This document shows positions 8,724-17,983 of a stretch of 64,000 bases of DNA, piece by piece. Each line of letters begins with the position of its first letter. The stretch's first letter is position 1. Below the pieces are notes generated by a model, which was given only the letters and a program-made list of their open reading frames with translations, was not told the origin of the DNA and ran no database searches. A program made the position numbers and the translations under genes. The DNA is from an uncultured Candidatus Hydrogenedens sp. GTDB lineage: Bacteria > Desulfobacterota_D > UBA1144. The stretch covers positions 8,809 through 72,808 of the forward strand of contig CACLTT010000003.1 of assembly GCA_902609885.1 (NCBI GenBank), given 5' to 3'.

Positions 8724-9803
8724 TTATTTGTTAATTAAAACCAAATCTCTATCTATTTCACTTATATCCCGACAACCTGACAAGGTCATACTTTCTATTA
8801 ATTCTTTATTAATTATATCTAATACAAGCTCAACTCCACTTTGACCTGAATGATTCAGGCCCCACAACAAAGGTCTACCTATTTGAACTGCATTTGCACC
8901 AAGAGCAATACATTTTAGTATATCAGTTCCTCTCCTTATTCCTCCATCAACAATTAGTAAAGGCTCATTCCCTATTTGCTTTCTAATCGGCTCAATTTGT
9001 TTTAATGTAGGGACAGCAGTATCAAGTTGTCTTCCACCATGGTTAGATATAATAATTCCATCTGCTCCATGATTTAGAGCGTTTTGCGCATCATCTGGTC
9101 TTAAAATTCCTTTTACTAAGACTGGAAGCCCCGACACTTCTTTAATCCATTCAATGATATCAAAAGTCAATGTAGGATCAAATAAGTGGTCTGAATGTAT
9201 AGACATTGATGAGCCTTCTAAATTTTCAATATTATTAAAATTTTCAAATTTTGTTCCTATAAAATTTCCCAGTTTTAAATTATTAGGCATTTTAAATAAG
9301 CTTCTTTCATCTCTTTCCCTTGTACCTAATCTTGGAGCATCAACAGTAAAAACAATAGCCTTATAATTTTTTTTCTTACATTTTATTAAAATATTTTTTG
9401 TAAAATCTCTATCTTTAGAGAAATAAAGTTGAAAAAATAATTTATCATGAACTGGTGACAAATCATCAATACCAAAATTTGCAATTGTACTATGTGTCAT
9501 AATTGTATTGAATTTATTTGCAGCTTTTGCAGTTCCCAATTCACCATCAGCATGAGCCATTTGCTGCATTGCAACTGGAGCCAACAATATAGGGCTATCA
9601 ATTTCCAAATTTAATATTTTAGTTTTTGTATTAATATTTGAAACATCTTTTAAAAATTTAGGTAATAATTCGTATTCATCGAATATAGATCTATTTCTTT
9701 TCAAAGTAACTTCATCTCTAGCTCCAGAAGAATAATATCCCTCTATAGCATCTGGTAGCTTATTTGGAAACTCTTTCTCTAAATCAAAAAGATTAATAAT
9801 CAT
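8724..9803 (-). CDS. FMN-dependent alpha-hydroxy acid oxidase/dehydrogenase
   Basis: SNHGGRQLD, DGGIRRGTD, GRP motifs. Confidence 0.9.
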   Translation of the reverse strand: MIINLFDLEKEFPNKLPDAIEGYYSSGARDEVTLKRNRSIFDEYELLPKFLKDVSNINTKTKILNLEIDSPILLAPVAMQQMAHADGELGTAKAANKFNTIMTHSTIANFGIDDLSPVHDKLFFQLYFSKDRDFTKNILIKCKKKNYKAIVFTVDAPRLGTRERDERSLFKMPNNLKLGNFIGTKFENFNNIENLEGSSMSIHSDHLFDPTLTFDIIEWIKEVSGLPVLVKGILRPDDAQNALNHGADGIIISNHGGRQLDTAVPTLKQIEPIRKQIGNEPLLIVDGGIRRGTDILKCIALGANAVQIGRPLLWGLNHSGQSGVELVLDIINKELIESMTLSGCRDISEIDRDLVLINK

Positions 9804-9821
9804 CTTATTAAATAATATATT

Positions 9822-10160
9822 TTAATTTTTTAAAAATAAAATTTTCACTAAAAGCATAACTATGGCAGTTGATGAGCATGAGACAATCATGGAGATTACA
9901 AAAGAAAAACCATTTTTTAACATATATGGCAATAAAAGGAATAATGGAACAGTTGCAAGTCCAAAATATAAAATTTCATAGCTAAGATTTGCAATTTTCA
10001 AAGTATCTTTTGATTCATAGTATATAAAACAAAAAGTTATTAGTGATACAAGTGGTAAAGCAATGATAAAAGCTGCTAGCACAGAAGATCTTTTAGATAT
10101 TTCTGTTGCAAGAACTATTATTAATGCAGATATTAAAACTTCTAAAATATATTTATACAT
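9822..10160 (-). CDS. Small membrane protein (DUF3147-like)
   Basis: EISKRS...ALPLVSL; four TM segments. Confidence 0.6.
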   Translation of the reverse strand: MYKYILEVLISALIIVLATEISKRSSVLAAFIIALPLVSLITFCFIYYESKDTLKIANLSYEILYFGLATVPLFLLLPYMLKNGFSFVISMIVSCSSTAIVMLLVKILFLKN

Positions 10161-10276
10161 ATCATAAAATTAAGAATTATATTTTTAGACACTAAAAAGG
10201 TATTAGTTACTATTAATATACTTCTTTAAATTCAACAACACTAGTATATCATCAATATTCACAAGGGAGAGATATA

Positions 10277-11275
10277 ATGAAAATACCCAAAATTATTATT
10301 TTATTTATATTTTTAATAAGTGGAAATATATTCGCTAGCGAAAAGAAAGACTTAGATAACCATAAAAATCATGTTAATAATTCACATCAAAAAAATAATC
10401 ATATTATGTTGTCATATAAATATATGTACATGAAAATGGATGGATATTTAAAAGGATCCTCAGATGCTTCTTATAGTGATGCGAGAACTAAACCTAATGG
10501 ATCAAATTATATGACTGTTCCTTTAGAAATGAGTATGAATATGCACATGCTGAGCGGCATGTATACACTATCAAATGGTATTACCGTCATGTTAATGGGA
10601 TCTTATTTTGATAAAGAAATGGAGATGAAAAAGCATTCAAGTGGGAAAAAGAAAAAAATGAAATCTAATGGTTGGGGTGATACTAAATTTAATTTTTTAA
10701 AAAAAATATATAATAAAAATAAATCTAAAATTAATATTAATTTAGGTATTAGCTTCCCCACTGGATCAATTGAAAAAGAAGATACAATGTTTTCAGGCTC
10801 TAAAGAAACACTTGGATATGGAATGCAATTAGGTTCTGGAACATATGATTTACTTTACGGATTAACGTACAATAAATTCCAAGATAATTATTCTTATGGT
10901 GTGAGCATATCGAGTGTTAAAAGAATTGGTGAAAATTCAAGAGACTATTCACTAGGAGATATTTATAAATCAAATCTTTTTATAGCAAAACCTATTAACA
11001 ATGAAACCTTTATTAATTTAGAATCAGAGTTTAAATTTCAAGAAAAAATTGACGGGTCTCATAAAGATATTTTATCAATTATGAGTTTTGCTCAGGATAA
11101 AGAATCTTCTGGCTATAAAAGAATAGATTTAAGTTTTGGAGTTACTCATAAATTTAAAAATTTTAATAATTTAAAAATGGCATTAAAATTTAAAAAACCT
11201 ATTTACAATGACGTTAATGCAGTTCAACTAGAAACTGAGAATCTTATAATTATTGGTTTACAGTATAGCTATTAA
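10277..11275 (+). CDS. Met/His-rich outer-membrane beta-barrel 'transporter' protein
   Basis: Signal peptide, MSMNMHM, GWGD, PTGS, MQLGSGTYD, C-terminal YSY. Confidence 0.6.
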   Translation: MKIPKIIILFIFLISGNIFASEKKDLDNHKNHVNNSHQKNNHIMLSYKYMYMKMDGYLKGSSDASYSDARTKPNGSNYMTVPLEMSMNMHMLSGMYTLSNGITVMLMGSYFDKEMEMKKHSSGKKKKMKSNGWGDTKFNFLKKIYNKNKSKININLGISFPTGSIEKEDTMFSGSKETLGYGMQLGSGTYDLLYGLTYNKFQDNYSYGVSISSVKRIGENSRDYSLGDIYKSNLFIAKPINNETFINLESEFKFQEKIDGSHKDILSIMSFAQDKESSGYKRIDLSFGVTHKFKNFNNLKMALKFKKPIYNDVNAVQLETENLIIIGLQYSY

Positions 11276-11312
11276 TATAGTATGTTATTTGTAATAACTC
11301 ATATCAAAAAAT

Positions 11313-12167
11313 ATGGGAGATTTAGTAAAAATGAATCTATATAAATTTTTTTTAGTTTTTTTAATTTTTATCCTTTCAATAACAAATAATATATTTGCAA
11401 ATGATAGCCTTAAAGATGATTTAGAGTATTTAAAACCAAAAGAAAAACATAAAATAGGAATTGGTGGCGGATTTATTTATAAACCAACATATGTAGGTTC
11501 AAGTAGCATAAGGACTGTTTGGTTTCCCACTATCACCTACCAATATAACGACCCTGAAAAAGAGTATTTTAACTCTTTTGATCTCTTTGGTCCTTTTGCA
11601 TCACTATCTGTATACGATTCAAATGAATTAAGTTTCAACTTGATAGGAGAGTATGATTTTGGTAGGCAAAGTGGCGATGATAATTCTCTAGAGACTCTTG
11701 AAGATATTGACCCTCATTTTAATATGGGATTTGATTTTGCGTATAAAATTCCTTTTAATTTATCTCTTGACGTTGAATATCAAACTGGAGTTTCTGATCC
11801 AGGAACTGAAAATGCGGTGAGTTTTTCATTAACTCATAATAAACTTATATGGGTTAATTTTTCACAGCCACTCATCAATGAAGCATCAATTTCTATGAAT
11901 TATGGAAATTCTGAATGGATGGAAGAATGGTTCTCAACACCTTCAACTTCAAAATTTTCTAAATATACTGCAAAAAGTGGTTTTTATTCAACATCAATTA
12001 GCAATATGTCAGTCATTCCAGCAGGAGAATCTATGTCTTTTTTTGTTAATATAGAATATGAAAGACTAAGAGGTAATGCTGCTGATAGTCCACTTGTAAA
12101 AGATCAGGGATCTAAACATCAGTACATGTTTATGTTTGCAATTGTTTTTGAAATCGCTAAATTTTAG
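11313..12167 (+). CDS. MipA/OmpV family outer-membrane protein
   Basis: P-x-Y-x-GS, AADSPLVK motif, terminal Phe. Confidence 0.75.
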   Translation: MGDLVKMNLYKFFLVFLIFILSITNNIFANDSLKDDLEYLKPKEKHKIGIGGGFIYKPTYVGSSSIRTVWFPTITYQYNDPEKEYFNSFDLFGPFASLSVYDSNELSFNLIGEYDFGRQSGDDNSLETLEDIDPHFNMGFDFAYKIPFNLSLDVEYQTGVSDPGTENAVSFSLTHNKLIWVNFSQPLINEASISMNYGNSEWMEEWFSTPSTSKFSKYTAKSGFYSTSISNMSVIPAGESMSFFVNIEYERLRGNAADSPLVKDQGSKHQYMFMFAIVFEIAKF

Positions 12168-12187
12168 ATTTAATATTTTAATAAAAA

Positions 12188-12655
12188 ATGATTAATATAA
12201 ATGAAAATGAGATATTAGTTGCTCAAGAAAATTGGGGAAAAGGTATTGTTGAAATTGGTTATCAATATTTAAAGAATTTGGATTATGAATCTAGGGCAAT
12301 TAAACACATTAAAGATTTATATGCATATGAATTTTCAGATGTTTTATTTAAACCTACAAAAGTATCAAAAGTGCAATTTAGATCAACTTTTGATGAGGCG
12401 CTTTCTTATTTTGTAGCAACTAACAAAGTGTGTGAAGAAGATACAGGATTTGCAATTGAACCATGGTTAAACGTAAAATTTGAAAATTCAAATATTCTCT
12501 TATTTGAAAAAACTGCAATAGCGATGGGTAATTATTTTTTCACAAATACCAAATCAGAAATTACAAAAGTTGAATATACTTTCGGATACATTAAAAATGA
12601 GGATAATAGAATTCTCATAAACTTACACCATTCTTCTTTGCCATATGCACCTTAA
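12188..12655 (+). CDS. COG4337/iota-type carbonic anhydrase-like protein
   Basis: VLFKPT, ALSYFV, AMGNYFF, KVEYTFGY and the C-terminal LHHSSLPY signature. Confidence 0.65.
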   Translation: MININENEILVAQENWGKGIVEIGYQYLKNLDYESRAIKHIKDLYAYEFSDVLFKPTKVSKVQFRSTFDEALSYFVATNKVCEEDTGFAIEPWLNVKFENSNILLFEKTAIAMGNYFFTNTKSEITKVEYTFGYIKNEDNRILINLHHSSLPYAP

Positions 12656-12762
12656 TTAGACAGTATCTTTTTAGTAAGTATGTTACTTTATTTATACTAC
12701 TATCTTTTATTGATATTACTGCTATTATTGTAAAGATATTTTTTATCAGAGGAGATGAAATT

Positions 12763-14157
12763 ATGGGATTAACAGCAGATAAGACTTTTTATCCTACTGC
12801 AAAAATGGCTATGGAAGCCCCAGCAGAAGAATTAGCATACGTAGCAACATTAAATGTTCACGGAAAACCTGATTCATTATGTACGGTTGATGTAAATCCA
12901 AATTCACCAGATTATCAAAAAACTGTGAGTGAATTAGTCTTACCGAATATAGGTGATGAACTTCATCATTTTGGATGGAACGCGTGTAGTGCACACTTGT
13001 GCCCTTATGCACCCCACCCTGATGTAGAAAGGAGATATTTATTAATTCCTGGATTACGTTCTTCAAGATTATATATAGTTGATACTAAAGATAATCCTAA
13101 AGAGCCAAAAATTATTAAAACAATTGAGCCAGAAGAAATAATGGAAAAAACTGGATACAGCAGGCCACACACAATACATTGTGGACCTGAAGGAATTTAT
13201 GTAAGTGCCCTTGGTGGAGGAAGTGAAAGTGGTGAAGGCCCTGGTGGAATTTTCTTAATTGATCATTTAACACTTGATGTTAAAGGACAGTGGGAAAATG
13301 ATCGTGGACCTCAATATTATGCCTATGATTTTTGGTGGCATTTAGGACATGACAGAGTTGTTACTTCTGAATGGGCAACACCAGACTTATTTGAAAACGG
13401 ATTAAACTTAGAGGCTGCAGTTGGTGGTAAATATGGTCATAAACTTCACGTTTGGGATCTTAAAACACACAATCACCTTCAAGAGCTTGATCTAGGAAAA
13501 GAAAATCAAATGGTTTTAGAATTAAGACCATCAAAAAATCCAAAAAATACCTACGGATTTGTAGGAGTTGTTGTTAATACTCAAGACTTATCAGCATCTA
13601 TTTGGACCTGGTATCTTGATAAAGGAGAATGGAAAATTCAAAAAACTATCACAATACCTGCGCAACCAGCTGCGGCTGAGGAACTTCCTGCTCCACTAAA
13701 ACAATTTGGTGCAGCTCCTCCACTAATAACAGATATTAATTTATCCCTAGATGATAAATTTCTATACGTTTCATGTTGGGGTACAGGTGAGATTATCCAG
13801 TATGATGTATCAGATCCTTTCAATCCTAAACAAACTGGGTTGATTGAAATTGGTGGAGTCGCAAAGAAAAAAGCACATCCATCCGGTGCTGCTGCATCTG
13901 GCGGACCACAAATGGTTGAACTTAGTAGAGACGGGAAAAGATTATATTTTACAAACTCTCTATATAGTAGCTGGGACGATCAATTCTATGATGATATCAA
14001 GGGTTGGTTTGTAAAAGCTGATATCGATCTTAATGGTGGATTTGAAATAGATAAAGATTTCTTTATGGATTTTGGTGACCAAAGAACTCACCAAGTTAGA
14101 TTACAAGGCGGAGATTCTTCATCTGATTCATTTTGTTTCCCTAATGAAGAAAACTAA
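12763..14157 (+). CDS. Selenium-binding protein SBP56 family (methanethiol oxidase-like)
   Basis: DELHHFGWNACS, RPHTIHCGP, YDFWWH, GGPQM, GGD motifs; AGGAG RBS. Confidence 0.9.
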   Translation: MGLTADKTFYPTAKMAMEAPAEELAYVATLNVHGKPDSLCTVDVNPNSPDYQKTVSELVLPNIGDELHHFGWNACSAHLCPYAPHPDVERRYLLIPGLRSSRLYIVDTKDNPKEPKIIKTIEPEEIMEKTGYSRPHTIHCGPEGIYVSALGGGSESGEGPGGIFLIDHLTLDVKGQWENDRGPQYYAYDFWWHLGHDRVVTSEWATPDLFENGLNLEAAVGGKYGHKLHVWDLKTHNHLQELDLGKENQMVLELRPSKNPKNTYGFVGVVVNTQDLSASIWTWYLDKGEWKIQKTITIPAQPAAAEELPAPLKQFGAAPPLITDINLSLDDKFLYVSCWGTGEIIQYDVSDPFNPKQTGLIEIGGVAKKKAHPSGAAASGGPQMVELSRDGKRLYFTNSLYSSWDDQFYDDIKGWFVKADIDLNGGFEIDKDFFMDFGDQRTHQVRLQGGDSSSDSFCFPNEEN

Positions 14158-14166
14158 TTTCTTCAA

Positions 14167-14769
14167 ATGGACCACATACACTATAGCTTCTTTATAATTT
14201 TAGGCTTTTATCATGGAGTCAACCCGGGAATGGGTTGGCTCTTTAGTGTTGCTCTGTCAATGCAAAGAGAATCAACAAAAACTATTTTTATAAGTCATAT
14301 ACCTATAGCTATAGGACATCTACTATCTCTTATAGTTACAATTTTAGTATATTACGTTATTCAAGACTTTATAACACCCGAAACAAGTAAATTGTTTTTT
14401 GCATTATTATTAATTGGTTTTGGTATTTACAAATTGATTGACCGAAGTCATTTTAATTGGGTAAAAATGAACGTTAATAATTTTGATCTATTTATATGGT
14501 CATTTTTAATGGCTTCTTCTCATGGTGCAGGACTAATGTTAATACCAGGTTTTAATTATGAAGGAGATCACATGGTTCATCATTTAGAACATTTTGGTTT
14601 TTTTGCATTAGGAATCCATACATTAGCAATGCTTATAACATCAATTATTATAGCTTTTTTAGTTTATAAATTAATTGGTCTTAGAATTTTAAGAACAAGC
14701 TGGATAAACTTTGATTATATTTGGTCTTTTGTATTGATACTTGGTGGATTATTCATCTTTTTTATTTAA
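14167..14769 (+). CDS. Membrane protein partner of SBP56
   Basis: YHGVNPGMGWLF, SHGAGLML, WINFD; multiple TM segments. Confidence 0.65.
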   Translation: MDHIHYSFFIILGFYHGVNPGMGWLFSVALSMQRESTKTIFISHIPIAIGHLLSLIVTILVYYVIQDFITPETSKLFFALLLIGFGIYKLIDRSHFNWVKMNVNNFDLFIWSFLMASSHGAGLMLIPGFNYEGDHMVHHLEHFGFFALGIHTLAMLITSIIIAFLVYKLIGLRILRTSWINFDYIWSFVLILGGLFIFFI

Positions 14770-15102
14770 ATAATTTATATCAACTATAATTTCATCAGGA
14801 ATAGAATTAATTTTAAAAATTATGCAAGGATATGATTCCACTTCTAAAAACGTTCCCTCTTTTTTTTCTTCTTTTAAATATATATATAGAATATTTTTTT
14901 TAATTTCATAAGAAATAAATTTAAACAGATACGTTGGGTTTGGTCTAATTCCATCAAAAATTATTATCCTATTATCCTCTCTGACTATATTTTTATCACT
15001 ATATTCGACTGAACAATTATTTTCAGAGGAATATTCCTCTAATACCACATTTTTATTACAAGAAAGAATAAAAAATATACTAAAAAAAATTATTTTATAA
15101 AT
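14749..15102 (-). CDS. PrcB C-terminal-domain-like lipoprotein
   Basis: G-x-RP-x-x-x-Y...YP-x-II pattern. An in-frame upstream extension gives the lipobox ILSC; start uncertain (ATT 15102 or GTG 15048). Confidence 0.5.
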   Translation of the reverse strand: MYKIIFFSIFFILSCNKNVVLEEYSSENNCSVEYSDKNIVREDNRIIIFDGIRPNPTYLFKFISYEIKKNILYIYLKEEKKEGTFLEVESYPCIIFKINSIPDEIIVDINYLNKKDE

Positions 15103-17467
15103 AGCTTTTAACCTCTAATATGAAAATCTTATTATTATTATTTTTAATATGCCCCCCATTATAAATAAAAAGAGTTCCGAGTTTATATTCAAAATTTTCT
15201 TTATTTAAACTATAAGAGATCTCATAATTTGTTTCTTTTTTATCAGCTTGTAATTCGTACTGTGATTCTGAATAAAATATATTTCCAAAAGAATCTGAAT
15301 ATTCTGGAATATATAAAGAAAAAGAACCTTTTTCAACTCTAAGAGGTTGATAAACCAAAAAAGAAATCATTTCATCATAATCATTATTTAAAAATTTTTC
15401 TAGTCCAATCGCCCAGGAGGTTGATTTAATATTATTAAAATTTGAGAACATTGATTTATTATCAATTTCAACTTTTGTATCAGCATAAAAATACTTGAGT
15501 AAAATTCTATTACTTTTAGATTTATAAATGTACGATAGACCTAAAAAGTTTGTTTTAGATTTTTCAATATCAAAAGCGCCTGAGGAGACTGTTCCAATAA
15601 AAGATGTTGGTTCATTAAAAAGCCCATATTCAGTCTCAAATATATTTTTATTATTGGTAAATTTAATTTTTGATGAGACTAAATATGACATTTTTTGATT
15701 AAAATTATCTTTATAATATTGGTAGGGTATTTGTTTTTCAAAAAATAAACTATAAGAAAAATTATCAAAAATTTTATGTTTATAGTCTAAGCTGTGAGAT
15801 TCGCCGTTTATAGCAATGAACGGATTTATAAAAGCATTATTTTTATACATATTATTTGCTATTTTTTCAGAAAATAAAAAATAATATTCTTTATCATAAC
15901 TGTAATTATAAGATAATTTAAAGCGTTTATTCTTGTAATTTAATGTTAGGTTATTGAAATAATTATCATATAAATCAGAAACGATATTACTGTTATAGTT
16001 ATTATGATTCTCAACAAAATCAACATAAATTTTTTGCGATATAAAAATTCTTTTTTCAGATATATCATTTAATAAGACTAGATTCTCTAAATTAATATCT
16101 CTATATTCCCTTATATCAATGAAAGAATTTAAATTAACAAAAAAAGCTGCGTTATCAAAAGTATCAAAAACAACAACATTTTCAGAAAAGTTTTCTGCTA
16201 AATTAGCATTTTTCTTTAATAAATTATTTTTTATTATTTTGTGACCAAAAGCGCTGGAAAATATTATTTTAGAATTATTTACATTATGAAAAGTTGAATT
16301 GTTGGAACTATTATTTGTGTTATTTAAGTTATTATTTGGCGAGGAAAGAGCTAAAACCTCAATTGGCTTAGTAGCTGCATCTAAATCAATTTTTCCATGC
16401 CCAAATACTGAAGAAGAATAACTATTTCCATCTCTATCAGTAAGGCCAGATGTTGAAGCAGTTGCAAAAAGTCTATCAATAATTTGTTCAGCACTTAAAG
16501 TAGGAAAAGTTTCAATTAAAATTGCAATAGCTCCAGTTACATGCGGAGCTGCCATAGAGGTTCCGGTTAAAAGAACATAGCCTGAAGTATCATCCATCCT
16601 AGTACTCCATATATCAACTGCAGGAGCAGCTATACACCAATCAGCCGCAATTCCACACCTATTAGCAGAATTATATTCATTGCCACTTGAATCAATTCCT
16701 GTCACCGCTATCCATAATTGCTTTAGGTCGCTATAGTGATAAGGTAGTTGTGCCTGAAGATTTGGGGTAGCATATCCATTGTTGCCGGTTGCCCAAACTT
16801 GAATAATATCATTATTTACCATATTTTGATAACCAGTAATTTCAGTTGAATGAAAAGTATCTAAATAGGATTTGCTAAAAGAGTTATTTGTAGTTGAAGT
16901 ACCCCAACTATGGTTAGCGACCTTTATATTGGCACTAATTGCTCTTGTCGAGGCATCTGAAACAGAACTTTGTCCTGTAAAAACTCCATTATCTCTGAAA
17001 ATTTGATAAGAAACGATTGATGTTACACCATAAGCTATGCCTTGCATACCAGTATTATTTTTATTAGCTACAATTGTTCCAGCTACATGTGTTCCATGTC
17101 CATGCTGGTCTTGTATTGTTGTGTTTGAATCTTGGTAGTTATAACCACTAAAAGATTTACCTGAAAACTCAGAATGATTGGGATTAATCCCTGTATCGAA
17201 GATACCTACTTTAACTCCATCGCCTGACAATTCCCTTGAATATGCTATTGAAGAGCTTAAACTCCCTACTCCATAACTATACTGATATTCATCTGTTTCA
17301 TAGCTACTAGAAGTTTGTCGAGCTGGGTAACATCCAGAATAAGTATTTCCCTGATACGAACAAGTGTTTGAATTATTATTTATAGTGGAGGACCCACTGC
17401 CACCAGAACATCCTGTCAAAACAGAAATAATATACAAAAATGAAACTATTTTTGTTAAGTTTTTCAA
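15095..17467 (-). CDS. Lipidated subtilisin-like S8 serine protease with C-terminal beta-domain
   Basis: Lipobox LTGC; catalytic GIFDTG, HGTHVAG, GTSMAAPHV; aromatic-rich beta C-terminus. Confidence 0.85.
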   Translation of the reverse strand: MKNLTKIVSFLYIISVLTGCSGGSGSSTINNNSNTCSYQGNTYSGCYPARQTSSSYETDEYQYSYGVGSLSSSIAYSRELSGDGVKVGIFDTGINPNHSEFSGKSFSGYNYQDSNTTIQDQHGHGTHVAGTIVANKNNTGMQGIAYGVTSIVSYQIFRDNGVFTGQSSVSDASTRAISANIKVANHSWGTSTTNNSFSKSYLDTFHSTEITGYQNMVNNDIIQVWATGNNGYATPNLQAQLPYHYSDLKQLWIAVTGIDSSGNEYNSANRCGIAADWCIAAPAVDIWSTRMDDTSGYVLLTGTSMAAPHVTGAIAILIETFPTLSAEQIIDRLFATASTSGLTDRDGNSYSSSVFGHGKIDLDAATKPIEVLALSSPNNNLNNTNNSSNNSTFHNVNNSKIIFSSAFGHKIIKNNLLKKNANLAENFSENVVVFDTFDNAAFFVNLNSFIDIREYRDINLENLVLLNDISEKRIFISQKIYVDFVENHNNYNSNIVSDLYDNYFNNLTLNYKNKRFKLSYNYSYDKEYYFLFSEKIANNMYKNNAFINPFIAINGESHSLDYKHKIFDNFSYSLFFEKQIPYQYYKDNFNQKMSYLVSSKIKFTNNKNIFETEYGLFNEPTSFIGTVSSGAFDIEKSKTNFLGLSYIYKSKSNRILLKYFYADTKVEIDNKSMFSNFNNIKSTSWAIGLEKFLNNDYDEMISFLVYQPLRVEKGSFSLYIPEYSDSFGNIFYSESQYELQADKKETNYEISYSLNKENFEYKLGTLFIYNGGHIKNNNNKIFILEVKSYL

Positions 17468-17497
17468 GATTATTTATAAATATATAGGAAAAAAGGC

Positions 17498-17574
17498 AAA
17501 AAAAAAGATTGAGTTTTAGTGCTAATCTCTTAGCTTTCTTCGTGACCCAATCAATATTGAGTCTAACTCAACCT
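17498..17574 (-). ncRNA. Putative structured small RNA, copy A
   Basis: Three-way junction: P1 AGGUUGAGUU/AACUCAAUCU, P2 GACUCAAU/AUUGGGUC, P3 GCUAA-GAGA-UUAGC, then U9. Confidence 0.65.
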
Positions 17575-17627
17575 GATATTAAATTAACTAAGAATTAAAA
17601 TATTACAAATAAAAAAGGAAAAAAGGC

Positions 17628-17704
17628 AAAAAAAAAGATTGAGTTTTAGTGCTAATCTCTTAGCTTTCTTCGTGACCCAATCAATATTGAGTCTAACTCA
17701 ACCT
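17628..17704 (-). ncRNA. Putative structured small RNA, copy B
   Basis: Identical to copy A. Confidence 0.62.
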
Positions 17705-17757
17705 GATATTAAATTAACTAAGAATTAAAATATTACAAATAAAAAAGGAAAAAAGGC

Positions 17758-17836
17758 AAAAAAAAAGATTGAGTTCTAGTGCTAATCTCTTAGCTTTCTA
17801 CGTGATCCAAACAATATTGAATCTAACTCAACCTAC
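17758..17836 (-). ncRNA. Putative structured small RNA, copy C (divergent)
   Basis: Same fold with a compensatory C-G to U-A change in P2; directly downstream of a sigma70 promoter. Confidence 0.68.
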
Positions 17837-17842
17837 CCTGAT

Positions 17843-17871
17843 AATATACTTGAGTTTGATATTAAAGTCAA
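17843..17871 (-). promoter_or_regulatory. Sigma70-type promoter for the RNA array
   Basis: TTGACT (17871-17866), 17-nt spacer, TATATT (17848-17843). Confidence 0.7.
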
Positions 17872-17983
17872 CAAGAAATATAAAATAATCGTAAGCAATT
17901 GAAATTATTGACTATTTTATCCCAAATCAATTCCTTGAAATACATAAAAAAATTACTATCTTATAAATATGGAGGTAAAAATT

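Larger units (their letters stand above)
17486..17834. repeat. Tandem repeat, 130-bp period, about 2.7 copies
   Basis: Units start at 17486, 17616 and 17746. Copies 1 and 2 are identical; copy 3 differs at 17776, 17800, 17806, 17811 and 17821. Confidence 0.97.

Noticed and set aside
2586-14157. Selenoprotein (UGA readthrough) suggested by SaoD-like and selenium-binding genes
   Set aside because: Both ORFs are complete, with Cys codons and TAA stops; no in-frame TGA or SECIS seen.
16300-16345. Asn/Ser-rich low-complexity repeat in the S8 protease
   Set aside because: Ordinary interdomain linker in AT-rich coding DNA.
17517-17526. CIRCE element (TTAGCACT half-site) near hsp20
   Set aside because: Only one half-site per unit with no partner at 9-nt spacing; it is explained by the P3 stem.
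17506-17574. Hammerhead ribozyme, c-di-GMP-I or TPP riboswitch
   Set aside because: Lacks the CUGANGA/UH core, the GEMM GAAA-loop/GCAAA pattern and the TPP CUGAGA motif.
17486-17834. CRISPR array or type III toxin-antitoxin repeat
   Set aside because: The unit is 130 bp with identical intervening sequences, and no cas or ToxN-like gene is adjacent.
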